From Azolla caroliniana (Eukaryota > Plantae > Polypodiophyta): a DNA stretch of 64,000 bases. The notes beneath the pieces were generated by a model. The model did no database searches, was not told the origin of the DNA, and saw only the letters and a program-made list of their open reading frames with translations. The translations under genes and the position numbers were made by a program. Numbering within the stretch: the first letter of the stretch is position 1; every line of letters begins with the position of its first letter. The stretch is taken from the NCBI GenBank assembly GCA_043228905.1, contig JBHGNT010000012.1, forward strand, positions 19,282,001 through 19,346,000, in the 5' to 3' direction. Positions 47,753-60,950 of the stretch are shown one piece after another.

Positions 47753-48571
47753 TGTTACGAAGTTTCACGCGTGCGTGTCAAATAGGATGGGACCATGGGG
47801 GTCTTGGACTAGAAAGTGAGAGAAGGGAAAGAAGCTTGGGAGTTTAACTGAGAAGGGAGAGATTAAGGTTATAGAGGTTAAGATTGGAGAGATTAAGATT
47901 AGAGACAAGACAAGACAAGATTCATCGAATGATTATATTACAAAAACACCACATGAATTACAACCATGGCCGCGTAAGTCAAATGTGAACCCTCTAGATG
48001 AAACCCTAACCGGATAGGGGGAAAAGAAGAAGAAGAAGAAAATCCTAATGAAAGAAAATGATAGAGAGTGGAACCTCGAAGCAATACCCTAAAATGAAAA
48101 GGGATAAGAATAACGAAAACCCTAAGGGTCTACCTCAAAACGACAAAATGGCGACCCCTTAAAAGTGACCCCTCACTCCCTTTTATAGTGGTAAGGGGTG
48201 AGGCACATTACAAAAAGAGAGGTCAAATATCCCCTTCTTTCAATGGGGATATTTGCCTTTATCTTAGGAGGAGAGATTGATGGGGCCTTAACTCCCTCTC
48301 CTCAAAACACACTATACCCACTACCCACTACACCCGTACTTCATGTACTCCCCTTTAGTCTACATGTGCATGTGCACATAAGTGCACATCACATTTACAC
48401 TTTATGATTTTTTTGTAGTGCATTTTTAACACCCTACATTTTACCCTTCCTTTTTACATTTGGTTTCTTATTCTTATTTTACAATTCTATCAAGTGCACG
48501 TGCAATGTTGCACACCCCCATTTTATTCATCCCACTTGGTTTTCTCACCATGGCCGAAAATCTTCACGACA
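47753..48571 (-). mobile_element. Probable solo LTR inside copia B
   Basis: tgttacgaag...cttcacgaca imperfect inverted termini, non-coding interior, minus-strand TATA near 48181-48188. Flanks acgg/atag may be a CpG-decayed 4-bp TSD. Confidence 0.65.
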
Positions 48572-50059
48572 ATAGTTTACATCCAAAGAGAGGGGGGAGA
48601 TGAAGATGACGGGATATGGCACCGATGCCGCAACATCGGATCGTAGCCAATGTGACGCGGTCAGAAACAAGGAGGGACCTCCGAAACCGGGTTCAGAGTC
48701 AGCCGAGAGGGCCACGAAATTAACCAGAAGTTACGTTGATCCATCCGCCATAAGAATCCCATAATTCAGTATGGGTATAATGAGTATATGGCACATCATT
48801 ATGCATATATGTCGAAGGCGGCAAATGTGCGTGAACCGGAGAGCTACAGAGAAGCGGCGAAGGATGCGCGCGCTAACGGACAATGAGACTTGGACCTAGT
48901 TGACGCCCCCAAGGGTGTGAAGCCAATCGGATGCAGGTGGGTGACAAGGTCAAGTACAACACCAATGGCTTGGTCAACCGATATAAGGCCCGATTGGTGG
49001 CCAAGGGCTACACGCAGAAACACATCATCGATTACGATGAGACCTTCGCCCGATCGTGACGATGACAATTGTCTATGTATTGCTAGTGGTAGCAGCGGCA
49101 AAGAGGTGGCACTTACATTAGATGGATGTAAAGAACGCGTTCCTGCAAGGCGATCTTGAGGAAGAAGAGTACATGGTACAATCCCCCGAATTTCTATCCG
49201 AACGGAACACCTTGGCAGTTTGCCGATTGAAGAAGTCGTTGTATGGACTCAAGCAAACCCCACATGCTTGGACTGTGAAGATCATGCAAAGGTTGCGTAA
49301 GATGGAATTCGCTCTATCGAAATCGGACTCCTCATTGTTCATTTGGCCGAGTGGACCAGACCGATTAACATTCTACTATGTGTCGATGCTTTAGTCATCG
49401 TCGAGGCCGACCTTGGAGAAATTGGCTGAGTAAAGTCTAAGCTTGTGGCATCATTTGAAATGAAGGATCTGGAGAACCTTCATTACTTCCTCGGGATCAA
49501 AGTGATCCGAACCCCGAAGGCATATTGATCAACCAACGCCATTATGTGTTGAATATGCTCTTCAAGTTCGGGATGGCGGACTGTAATTCTGTCTCAACCC
49601 CTCTGGACAGAAACATGAAGCTTCGCCAAAATTCGGGAACGACGTGCGACTCGACATGGTTCCGACAAATTGTCAGAAGCCTCATTTACTTGACAATCAC
49701 TCGACCGAACCTTAGCTACCCGGTCGGCGGCACTAAGGATATGTCAGTAGCACTAAGGATAGGGCGTTGCTATATTGGGCAGAAGTAGCCGAGGAGTTAA
49801 TCGGCTACAAGGATGCTGATTGGGCCGGAAATGCCGACAATCGCAGGTCAACATCCGGATTTGCGTTTTCATTGGGAAGCATCGTGATCTCCTGGAGCAG
49901 TAAAAAGCAACCGACAACGGCACTGTCAAGCACTGAGGTCGAGCATCAAGGGGCGGATATCGCTACATGCGAAGCCATTTGGCTCAAAAGGCTATTGAAG
50001 GATCTACAAGTGGAGGTGTTTGAATCGAAAGTGATATACTGCAACAACCTCAACAACAT

Positions 50060-50912
50060 TGCGTTGCCGTGAAGGATTTGATTCACGATATAAAAATAAG
50101 CTTAAACATTGTATTGAGTAACATTTATGAAACTTGAACCCATAACCTTATAGACCAAGTAAGAAGTATATACCATTAGGAGAAATTATTTTTTACATCT
50201 ATATTTTCATTATCATACCTATGACGTATGTATTTTCATACATGGGAGCTTAGATGAGCATGATTGCTATCATGCATCACATGTAACGCATGTGCGCCAA
50301 ATGGCGATCATGCATGCCATGCATGCTATGCACCCATATTATCATTTGCATGAGAATAACTACATAAAGAGGGGGAGGGAATAGAAAGGAATGAAAGGGA
50401 TTAATGAAGGAAAATCAAGGAATGAATTAAAAGAAAGTTAGAAAATCAAACAATCAAGCAAGCAAGTTAGCTTATTTGCGAAGAGTCTTGTGTTTTGAAG
50501 TTGGAGTCAAAGGTTCAAATCTAGAGTTCGGCAAAAGAGAAGTCGCATCTCGTGATCGAACATTGTAACTTTGGTAAAATCTTGTATTGTTAATATAAAG
50601 CTTGTCCTTATCATATATTTTCGCTCTTCAAAGGTTCAAATCTAGAGTTCAGCAAAAGAGAAGTCGCATCTCGTGATCGAACATTGTAACTTTGGTAAAA
50701 TCTTGTATTGTTAATATAAAGCTTGTCCTTATCATATATTTTCGCTTCTTCAATCATACATCTCTATTCTTATGTGTGCTCATCTCTCTCACATTACTTT
50801 TAACTCTTCTTCTTCCTATCCTTAAATCTTTCTAACATCATTGCACAAGCCTTATTAAAATTTAGCCAACTCCCTTTAACCTTGGTCCTTGCGACTTCGT
50901 CGCACGAACCAC
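50060..50912. mobile_element. Non-coding LTR-like insertion in copia B RNase H, containing a 121-bp tandem duplication
   Basis: Interrupts IYCNN...VFHAQTKHIEV. Duplicated unit at 50508-50628 and 50629-50749. Termini are degenerate. Confidence 0.55.
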
Positions 50913-51851
50913 AACTACCTCGACAACGTCTTCCATGCTCAGACAAAGCACATCGAGGTGCACTATCACTTCGTCTGCAAGCAAGTCCTCTCTGGTGAAG
51001 TCGAACTTGTTTATGTTCCGATCAATCGGCAGGTTGTCGATATCTTCACCAAACCTCTTGGCCTAGACAAGTTGCGGCAATTCTCAGGCATGCTTGGCAA
51101 ACACCACCTCGATATGCCAAACTTGAGGGGGATGAGTGAAGCCGAAAAGGAGAGAGATGAAGTCCAAAAAGTCAAATCGGATGAAGAATTCAATTTCGGC
51201 ACGACTGAAGAAGTCGGAACATCCGGATCGGCTGGAGAAGCCAATGATGCATAGATAGGTAGAAGAAGATCGGCTAAGCAAAGACTAGCCACATGTAGGG
51301 GGAGCGGTCAAAAGAGAGAGTCGAAGGCAGAGCCAACCGAACCAAGGGGAGGTGAAGCCAAGAAGGGCAAGAAAGGTGGCAGAGTCAAAAAGGACAGAGC
51401 CGACCAAGTAAAGGTCAGGACCAAGACATGGGCAGATGTGGTCAAGGGCCTGAAGGAGGATGAATCGGAGACAGTTGATTCGGTCAAGAGTCGTAGTGAA
51501 TCAAAAGCCGATTCAATCAAAATGTTTGATTTCGAAGAGCCGAATCAATTGGCAAAGTGGACAAGGAGGCGTTCGAAGCCAACACCGACATGGAAGAATC
51601 GAGGGGTCGAGGGGCATCAGCACCACAACGACGACGAAGCTGACTTCGGCCAAAGCAGCAGACAAGCCGGCCGTAGGGGTCAAGGTGCGTGAAACCAGAT
51701 GAGTCTAGGATCATCGGACCGAAGGGGTCATGGGAAGCAAAGTTGAACTAGAAGAAGAGTGCGAACGAGGCGTCGGGATGCCAGGAGAGGTTGGAATGAC
51801 GAACCAACTGGAGCTAACATGGTGGGACCTCAAGTTGAGCTTGAGGGGGAG

Positions 51852-52278
51852 CGTTGAGAGACAAGCTCAACATGGGCCGAATCAGCTGAAGAGCCGAGAG
51901 CCAAGAGCCAAGAGTTGAAGAGCTTAATCGAATAGAGTTCGAGTTGTGCCGAGTTGGATGAAATCCGAAAAAGGTCGTTGAGGGCCTATATTCCTATTAT
52001 AGTAAATAGGAATATTGTAGGTAGAATTAGTATCATGCTCATTGTTGAGCATTCAAGTACTGATGGTACTTGTGTCAACCCACTCGTCAATGGCATGTAT
52101 ATAAAGTGCACTCAGAGCACTGTTGTATGTATGAGTCTTTTTGTAATCGAAATATTGTTGTCTGCTCTCCTCAGTCTCTCTCTCTCACACTGTGTATCCA
52201 CTCTCTATGTTTACCTAACTGTCGAGTTTCCGAAACCGACTGTGTACTCAGTGTCTATTGCACACGTATTCTTTTATA
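51852..52278 (+). repeat. 3' LTR of copia B
   Basis: Follows PPT gttgagcttgagggggag. Direct repeat of 21918-22344 with decayed termini (cg...ta). Confidence 0.9.
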
Positions 52279-55122
52279 GCATTCTTGACGTCCATTTGAT
52301 GGAGGTGTCATCCTTTCGTCGTTGCAAGTGCAATCATGGTCCGCATAATCGTCATCTTTGTCACCGGGACAAAGGGCTCTACGTAGCCTTTTGCGATGAG
52401 TCGAGCTTTGTAGTGGTTGACGGAGCCGTCAGCATTATACTTCACTTTGTCACCCTTTCGTCATTGCAAGTGCAATCACAGTCTACACAATTGTCATCTT
52501 TGCCACCGGGGCAAAGGTCTCTTCATAGTCGACACCATGTGTTTGTGCGTAGCCTTTTGCTATGAGTTGAGCTTTGTAGCGGTTGACAGAGCCATCAGCA
52601 TTATACTTCGCTTTGTAAATCCATTTGCACTCGATCACCTTTTTGTGTGGCGAGTGGGGAATGAGATCCCATGTCTCATTCTTGCATAGTGTCTGCATCT
52701 CTTCTTTCATTGCTTTGACCCATCGTGGATACTTGGTTGCCTTAGGAAAATTATCAGGTTCACAAACTGCCACCACCTTCATCATAAAGGCATACTCATA
52801 TGCTATATAGTGGTTGTAGCCCAATCGGCTAACCGGATTCTTCTCTCAAGTGGAGCGATGTAGTTTCTCATTATGCTAATGTGATTGCTTTCTTAACTCT
52901 AGGTGACCTCATAAGAGGCACATCAAAGGCACTATACTCACTGTCGAGTGAGTAAGCCGACTCATTGCAGTCGGATTGATCATCTTCATACTCTGGCATT
53001 TTGGCTTTTCCTTTGTCCATCTTCGGCTCGGCTGAGATGTGCTTCGGTTGCTCGAAGGCTCTTGAGGTTTGCTCAATCTAGTTGAGACCGGACTCTCCTC
53101 GGGTATTGACCTTAACTAATCATTGTCCTCTGTGTCATCAAGGTCAACCAGAAATGGTTCAGGAGGAGTCGGCTCATGTTCGTATCATGATGTCGATCCT
53201 TCAAAGACTACATCTCGACTTATCTGAACCTTCTGCATGGAGGGGTTCAAGAATTTGTACCCCTTTTGCCTCAATGAATATCCTACGAGGATACATTTCT
53301 CTAACTTGGGATCTAGCTTTTGCCATTTTTCGTCAGGAATGTTCACGTATGCAATTGAGCCGAATATCCTTACATGGGATAGATGCGCCTTCCTTCTATA
53401 GTACTTCTCGTGCGGGGTAACCTCGTGCACGCCGGATGTGGTACACCGGTTCATTAGGTAGACAACTGTGCGTGTTGCTTCAGCTCAATATGACTTCAGC
53501 ATGTGCTTCTCATTCAGCATGGCCCGTGCTACTTCGAGAATGTGCCGATTTTTGTGTTCAGCCACTCCGTTTTGTTGAGGCATATGTTGACTCAAAAATT
53601 CTCGTCAAATTCCTTCTTGTCGAAGGTATGTCGTGAATGCATCGAAGAAGTATTTCTTAGCTCCATCTGACCAAGGACATCGTACATGCCGGCCTGTGGC
53701 TTTCTTGACTTCATTCTTAAATTTTTGGAAGAGTCAGAACACTTAGCTCTTTTGACTCAGGGAGAAGATCCATGTGTGCCTAGAGAAATCATCGATAAAG
53801 GTCACACAATATTGGCATATGGCGAATGTAGCCGTCTGAGCCGGTTCCCATACATCGGAATGAATTACCTTTAGTAGGCCTTTGCTCACGTTCCTCCCTT
53901 TTGGGAATGAGTGGCGGTGTTGCTTACCAAATTGGCAAGCTTCACATACTCCTTCAATCTCTTTCTCTTTCAATGTAGGAAGTCTGATGAAGACTCCTTT
54001 CGATTGCATCCCCTTGAGCTTTTGGAGATTGATATGGTCGATTCTCTTATGCCATAGCTCTATGTCGATGTCGGCCTTGGTGACTTTTGCAAACATGGTC
54101 GATTTTGTCTCATGCAAATCAAGAATCAACATTCGGGGTTCTCTTCGTCCACGAGCAATGAGTCGGCCTTCTTTTTCGATGAATCAACCCCCTTGGTTGA
54201 ATCAAACTTGCATACCTTGCTCCACAATTTGGCCAATTGACACCAAATTCTTCGTGATGTTTGGTTGCCCTCTTTACTGAATGGGACATTGCCAATATGC
54301 CGAATCATATGAGTAGTGTCGTCTCCTGTTTCGACATAGCTAGGTCGATCCGACACTCGTAAGTCTTGGAACCATTCCTCATCAGACATCATATGATTCG
54401 AAGCACCGGAGGCAAAGAACCATACGTCTTCGGACTTGAGGCACTAGTAGAAGTAGAAGTCGCCATAGAGTTTGCTCTTTCATAGTCAGAGTTGGTGGCG
54501 TAATTGGTGAGTTGTCGGTTTGTGGAAGTCGACTCATGCTTCTTCTTTCGGCACTCTTCTTTGTGGTGTCTTATTTGCCCCAATATCCGCATTTGATTGA
54601 GTTTTGTCGACTTCAATCAGCATGGAAGCTCTCCCTTCTTCCGAACGTTCCTCGATTGTTTCCATTTTCTTGCCAAAATTGGGAGCTGTTTTCATAGGTC
54701 GGACCTCGTCCGCCTCGTCCTTGGCCGAACTGGCCTCTTCTTGCATGGATGCGTCCTCTTCCTCCATCCAAGTGTGAGTAGAGCATGTGGCCTTCCGAGG
54801 CGTTGCTCCTTGCTCGAACATGGTTTTCTTCAACCAACAACATTGATTAAAGATCGAAGAAAGAGGGAGGATTCTCCCTTGCTAGGATGGGTGTTCTCAT
54901 TGTGCAGAACCGTGGTGCGAGGCCGCCTAGGCATATTTTACCATCTCATCATCCTCCACGTTGACGCTTAATGAGCCAAGCGAGTCACAAAGCTCCTTGA
55001 TCTTCAAGGTGTAGCTTGTGATAGACATATCCCTTTGTTGGATGTTGTTCAACTCTTAGCGAAGTTGAAGCTTTCTTGCGGTTGTGTTGGCCGCGAAAAT
55101 CTTCCTTAGATTCTCCCACACT

Positions 55123-56750
55123 TGAGCAAGACTTTGGGGAACCTAGACCAAGGAAGACATGATGTTCTAATAGAAGACATAGAACCCTTTTTGGGTAGTC
55201 CTCGTGGAATCCCCTTTTTGAGAAATATCTCTTTCAAGGAAGTTGATTCGAAGAAAACTAGCTCAAGGAACCCTTTGCTTGAAGAAACTAGTGTTTGAGG
55301 AAATCTGGCTCTAGAAAACCTTGGCTCGTTGAGATAAACACTTTGAGGAATGTGCTTCTCCTTGACGACAAGAATCTACCTCTCTCACTCTCTTTCTCTC
55401 CACTCAATACAATTACATAAGGATAACGAGGATTAATACTAATTATTCGTGCTTTAAAAAACTCTTAGGTTGAGATAAACACAACTAATTTGTTTACAAG
55501 ATGTTCCCCTTTCAAAATAGGGTCCTCAACGAGTTATTACAAATGGCAAATGCAAAGAAATGATCACAAAGAAATAGTTAAAAAGGTATAGGAGGTAGAA
55601 CTTTGAGTTTTGGTGGCATGAACCCATGAACAATGGTCGTCGTGCCATTTGTTGTCATGGCTTTCCATGCCCTATTCAACATTCTCCTCCTCTTCAAGAT
55701 CTCTTTTCTTTGTCTTTTTCACCTTTCTTGAGCAAGAAGAACCCCAAACAAATAACCCACGTAAGAAGAAGAAGGAGAAGTGGCCCAATACCCACTCACA
55801 CTACACACAAGAAACCCTAAAACTCAAGAAAACAAAACAGAAGAAGAAGACACAAGCTTTCACAAAGACTCTAAACTCCCAATATGGTCCAAACCCAAAA
55901 TGAGCCCTCAACTCCCCTTTTTATAATGAGAGAAGAGGCTCAACCACTCACCTTCTACGAAAATAATGCCCACACACTTCCTTTTTACATATTCAGTTGT
56001 TTTATTCATTGTTCCCTTTCCCCCCTTTTTCTCCGTATTTCTCCTTTTGATCCTCCACATCACAATTCCCCATCACTTGGCCAAGATCATACAAGAGAAT
56101 CAATGAATTTTGTTCCACATGAAACACAAAGCATTTAATGGTTTATCCATGTACATGGGAGAAAATGATCTCCAAGCTCTTCCAAAGTTATAAAGAGCAA
56201 TTGAAAGGGACTTGTCCTCTAAGAGGTCAACATAAGTTAACAAACGTCGAATACATTTCTTTTCTTGTACCTTTGCCCTATGTTGCCTAGTCATGATTTG
56301 GGTTTATGCCAAGGTCTTGTCCTTGCCTTATCTACTCTACTTGTTCTATAGTATTTTCTCTTGTATAAGTGTACATGGGGATTACCAAAGGTTCAAAATC
56401 TAAGGCCTAGATCATGGGATAGGTGGATAAAATTCACCTATTTCATAACAAAGGCCTTAGCCACAATCTAGGTAGTCATGGGATGTAGAGAGTAACCGTC
56501 CTATGATGATTATATTCTCACATGATGATGAGCAACATTTTACAATATATTGGTCCCAACAATTAGATTCTAACATGAAGTTACGTGTCTTTCTACGCTA
56601 TTTGGGTCCATCCATGATGGCCTTGACACCACCATGGAGATTGAGTGATACTACCACACATGGAGTGGTTTGATTGGCTCATCTTTCATAATGGGTGCAC
56701 ATACAAAACTTCAACAACCTCAACTTTCAATGAAATTGACATTGGTGGGA
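55123..56750 (-). mobile_element. Very degenerate LTR-retroelement remnants
   Basis: LTR-like stretch with ctcccctttttata near 55912-55925 (compare 48176-48188) and faint gypsy integrase-like residues (GKDKTLA) near 56300-56330. Boundaries are uncertain. Confidence 0.35.
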
Positions 56751-59700
56751 TGAAAGCCAATTTAGTATTTTATTAAGGATAGAGTATTTGTCTAACCTGC
56801 TTGTTTTTTTATTAGTATTGTCATGTGTACTTAGATTTTGGTATCTTTCTTATCCCAACCAATGTTTTGTATGTGAATTTCTCTTTTTGTTTCATTCTAC
56901 CATGAGGTGTTTTGGACTTTATTCATTTCTCATTTTATGGTATTCTTTGTAAATCTATCAATAAAGAGCAAATTTTCAGTTTTTCGCATTCAATTTCGTA
57001 AAATACTATTTTTCTATGAAGAGTTTAGAATTTTATTTACTAGTTCATTTTTATCTGGTATTTTTGTTGCTCAATTAAGGACTGGTATTTATATTTGTTT
57101 TCTCCTAGTTGACTTATTTTATGAAGTTGATCAAATCTACTTTCATTGTAACTTATTGATAATTCTCATTCATTGCTTATTTGTAAATCTTATCTTACGC
57201 AATGCATCTTCAATTAAATTTCTCCTTACTGAGAAGTTGCAGCTAGTTTTTTAAGGAGAGATTCCCACAATATAGTATAACGAGGCTTATTGTTCGATGG
57301 TACATAAACTATCAACTATGAGAGGTGAGATGGAGATCGAGAATGTTCATGGAGGGATTTCCATCGAACATTGACGAAACTCACACGAGATATGGCCTCG
57401 TCTTGTTCATTCCAAACCAAGGGGTTAAACAATCACTTTATGGAAAAAGTGCTCTCTTCTTGGCCGTCAATTATATTGCAAGAGATTGGAATTAATGCAT
57501 AAAATTTTATACCTATATTAAACATCAACAAAAAGATAAAGATGGTTTTATGTAATGCAATTTATTGTAATCATGGATTTTGTCATAGTGCAATTTATGG
57601 AACTAAATGCAACATCAATTTATTGTATATTATTGATTTGGTATCACAGATTTTGGGAGACTGCAATTTTTGGAAATAAATACAAAGATTGATTTGTGAC
57701 ACACGTTATTAGTTTCTTTTGCAAGAAACCTTGAAGTTTCAAATTCCATATTTGTTCTCAAATTAATGGAGGTGGCTATGGAAAGCATTACATATATTGG
57801 CAAGAAGAGACAATGCACATACCATTTGATTTTGCGAAAACATTGAACATATTTTGATGAGAACACACCATTAAACTAGAGAGATATTGTAACATTGTCC
57901 GGAGGGGTTCATTCTATAGTCTCACATGGTAAATTAATGCAAGTCATGAAAGTTGAAACATTATGCAGGTTGAACGTTTATTGAATCTATATACAACTAT
58001 TAAATATTTCCCCCATTTACTTGAGGTCAAAACCAGCCTATGAGTGCATGTGTCATACAGGTATAAAAAATTAAAGTAAAAGATATGATAAAAAGATGGA
58101 CAACTAGCCATACAAGTGCATGAGGCGAGTATACATTCCAATAGGTAATGAGTGTACTACAAGTATATGATTCATAACTAGATGGCTCATGTTAAGGGGT
58201 TTACTCCATTTTGTGACGAGATAGTGCATGGAGTTTTTCTATGCAATCAAAATGTGGGCTTGAACTGCTTCCCTCTTCTTTGGATATTGTGATCTTGTGA
58301 ATATGAAAAAAGACATTGGTGACATATTCCATCATCTTTTTTAGTGAGGTGTGCCTCATATTTCGGGTAGAATATTGCGATTTCATTCACTATATCTTTG
58401 CATTCATAATAATGTACACTCTCTACCGTCATATTCCATCATCTACACATTCATCCTACTCAAGTGATGCCAATTTTTTATCACCCCATCTCATTCTCAA
58501 GTTAGTGTGCTTCTCATTCTCACGAAAATATGCTAAGACTCCTAATTTTTTGATCACTAACCACAATACTTATTATCACACAATCACAATGTCTATATTT
58601 GAGTTTGAATAAGTTTCACACAATGACCTACAAATTAGTGAGCAAACTTTTGTATGCAAACTAATTTTTGGAGGTAATGTTTTCAAATTGTGTTGTAGTG
58701 TTTAATCTTTGGTGTTATTATCATATGGTATGATAAATAAAAGTAAGATGGAGGTTTCATGCTGACATAGCAAGTGCTTCAAGTAATGTCAATTCTTAGA
58801 ACTAATAGAGAACGTTAAATTGTCACATAGAAGAGTGCTTTACTTCTATGATTCATGAAAAGATAATGGAAGATAGGGAAATGTTTGCTACATGAGGTGT
58901 ACGTTAAATCACATTTTTAAGGCCTTCCATTCATTACATCATTTCTATTTTTCAATTGTTTTAGCCTTGACCATTATTAACATTAAAAGTAACATGACCC
59001 CGTCTCTTAACTTTGCTTACATTAGGTATTCTATTGTCAAGCACCTTCGCTATATGACAAAATGGTGTGCACTACCAATTACTTTATAATTATGCAAGAT
59101 GTGGAAAAAGATTAATATTATTTGTATAACAGCATAAAACTATAATATAAGATATTTGCGATAAAAACGGGTGGTTGTGTATACGCCACCGAGTGGGTGC
59201 TCATTGGTTTGTGAAACAAAGCTAGTAATATTGGTAGAACAACGTGAAACTACAATATAAAGATTTGGGATAAAAAAGGGTTGTTATGTATAGGCTGCAA
59301 TGCAGAAGCTCATTGGCTCCTCATCTAGGTCTATCCGCGCTTGTGTGTTGACACTTGGGGTCTGGGATGACTTAAATGTGGAACTAGATAGCAACATGCC
59401 TTTCCCTATCTATTAAAAAGTACATATTTTATATGACTATATGAGTAAGACACAACTAACTAACAATCTCCCATTATTAGCTTGCTAGTTACACCACTGT
59501 CAAAAACAATTTCACTAAAAGGTCATAACCTTGATTTCAATGTGTTACAATTATTAGGATGTCTCTCTAAAATATCTATGAATTTCGGCGTATATATACA
59601 TACCATCAAGTGCAAGTGCAAGTGCTCATTACATGAAACTCCAAATTTTTGAAGATTTTGAGTGTGAAACACACAAAATGAGTTTGAAGCTTTTTTGAAC

Positions 59701-59899
59701 CATTGGGTTTAGCCTAAATTTTCAAGAAAAGTTGACAAAAGTTGCATTCCTATTTTCTCGACTTTTAGGGTAGAAAATATTTTCTTCTTTTTTTTTTGCA
59801 TGACTAAATACACTTTTTCTTAGTAACACTTTTATCACTAGTGGGAAACCTCAAAGTGAGGTGAAAACCCACAAAGAATAAAGAAAAATATACAAGTGT

Positions 59900-60950
59900 C
59901 GATTAGACACTAAAGACCTTAAAAGCACTCAAAGCAAAGGTTGTAAATTTGGAGTGTGATGTCTCTAAGTTGCAGACAATCAAATAGAGATTGCCTGAGG
60001 GATTGCTTAAAGAAGCTAACTTCATGCAATTGGTTTCGATCAAAGACCTTATTATTGCGGGTTGTCCAAATGGTCCAAAGTGCCCAAAATCGTGTCCATT
60101 GGAGAAAATAGGCATTGTCGGATAGGGTGCATGGAATTTGTCCAAATATCCAAAAGTGTTTACCAAACCTTCGGCCAGGAAATCTATGATAAAGAGATGC
60201 ACTTAGTCTTTGTACAAATGTTATAGTGAATGAACAAGTTCATAATAATTGTGGGACTGTTTCCAATCGTCCATCACATCTTGCACAATGCGGCGAGGCT
60301 ATCGATCGCTTTTGAAGATTCGACCCAGTCAGGAACACACCCAATAAGCATCTCCATAGGAATACTTGTTGCTTAAGTGGAAGACCAGAGCTCCATAAGC
60401 TTGCAAGCCTGTTATTCCACTAGGACTGCGTTTTGTGTAGGTTCCATAATGCATTTGCATGTTCGTGAAACCATGGGACAGGTTGCAACAACATATACAT
60501 TGAATGTGTTGTAATGTTATGCATTGGAATAACAATGTTCCCTTTTTGTAACATCCAATCCTGAATCCTGCGATCTCCATTGAGAGGTGGCACAGGTACT
60601 AAGGAAAGCACCAACTCAGTGACTTGATTCCATATAACGCGATGATGTGGCCCAAGATTATAACGACATGTCATGTCATTGAAGTGCAATAAGTGACCTT
60701 GGTCATTTACCACATCTGCAATTGATTTCAACCCCTTCTTTGCTAAAAAATAAGCTTTCCTAGGCTCTTGTTCAGCTAATGATTGTGGGAATATAGCACT
60801 CCAGTGTAAGCTTTCGAGGCGTAAAGAGTTCCCTGATTCTGAATTCCTACCTCTCCATTTTATGTGCTGCAATACATCCTTCCAGTAACTTGATCATTCA
60901 CTATCCAAAATTTTAAATAGCAGATATTTTAGAAGCTACTCATCAGCCAT
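59900..60950 (-). mobile_element. LINE (L1-like) 3' fragment with zf-RVT domain
   Basis: Minus strand reads WNNRLASLWSSGLPLKQQVFLWRCLLG...CARCDGRLETVPQLL*TC. The upstream ORF 60420-60872 (KGLKSIADVV) is typical of LINE ORF2 C-terminal regions. Confidence 0.72.

Larger units (their letters stand above)
21918..52278 (+). mobile_element. Ty1/copia element B, full length but degenerate and expanded to 30 kb by insertions
   Basis: LTRs 21918-22344 and 51852-52278, TSD gcgtt/gcatt, iMet PBS tggtatcaaagc 22345-22356. Gag, protease WCVDSGALNHM, integrase split at 23971/30781 and 31102/47178, RT about 48850-49750, RNase H to 51130, PPT 51834-51851. Confidence 0.92.
20212..55122 (-). mobile_element. 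Ty1/copia element A (host of the nest); own sequence 20212-21917 and 52279-55122, 5' end missing
   Basis: 3' LTR 20212-20663, PPT 20664-20681, RNase H/RT 20746-21917. RT motif LHQMDVKNA|FLQG is split by element B. Integrase 53185-54132, protease and gag remnants to about 55122. Confidence 0.88.

Noticed and set aside
56900-59100. Protein-coding gene in AT-rich DNA
   Set aside because: Only short ORFs without recognisable motifs or consistent splice structure. Probably decayed TE, left unannotated.
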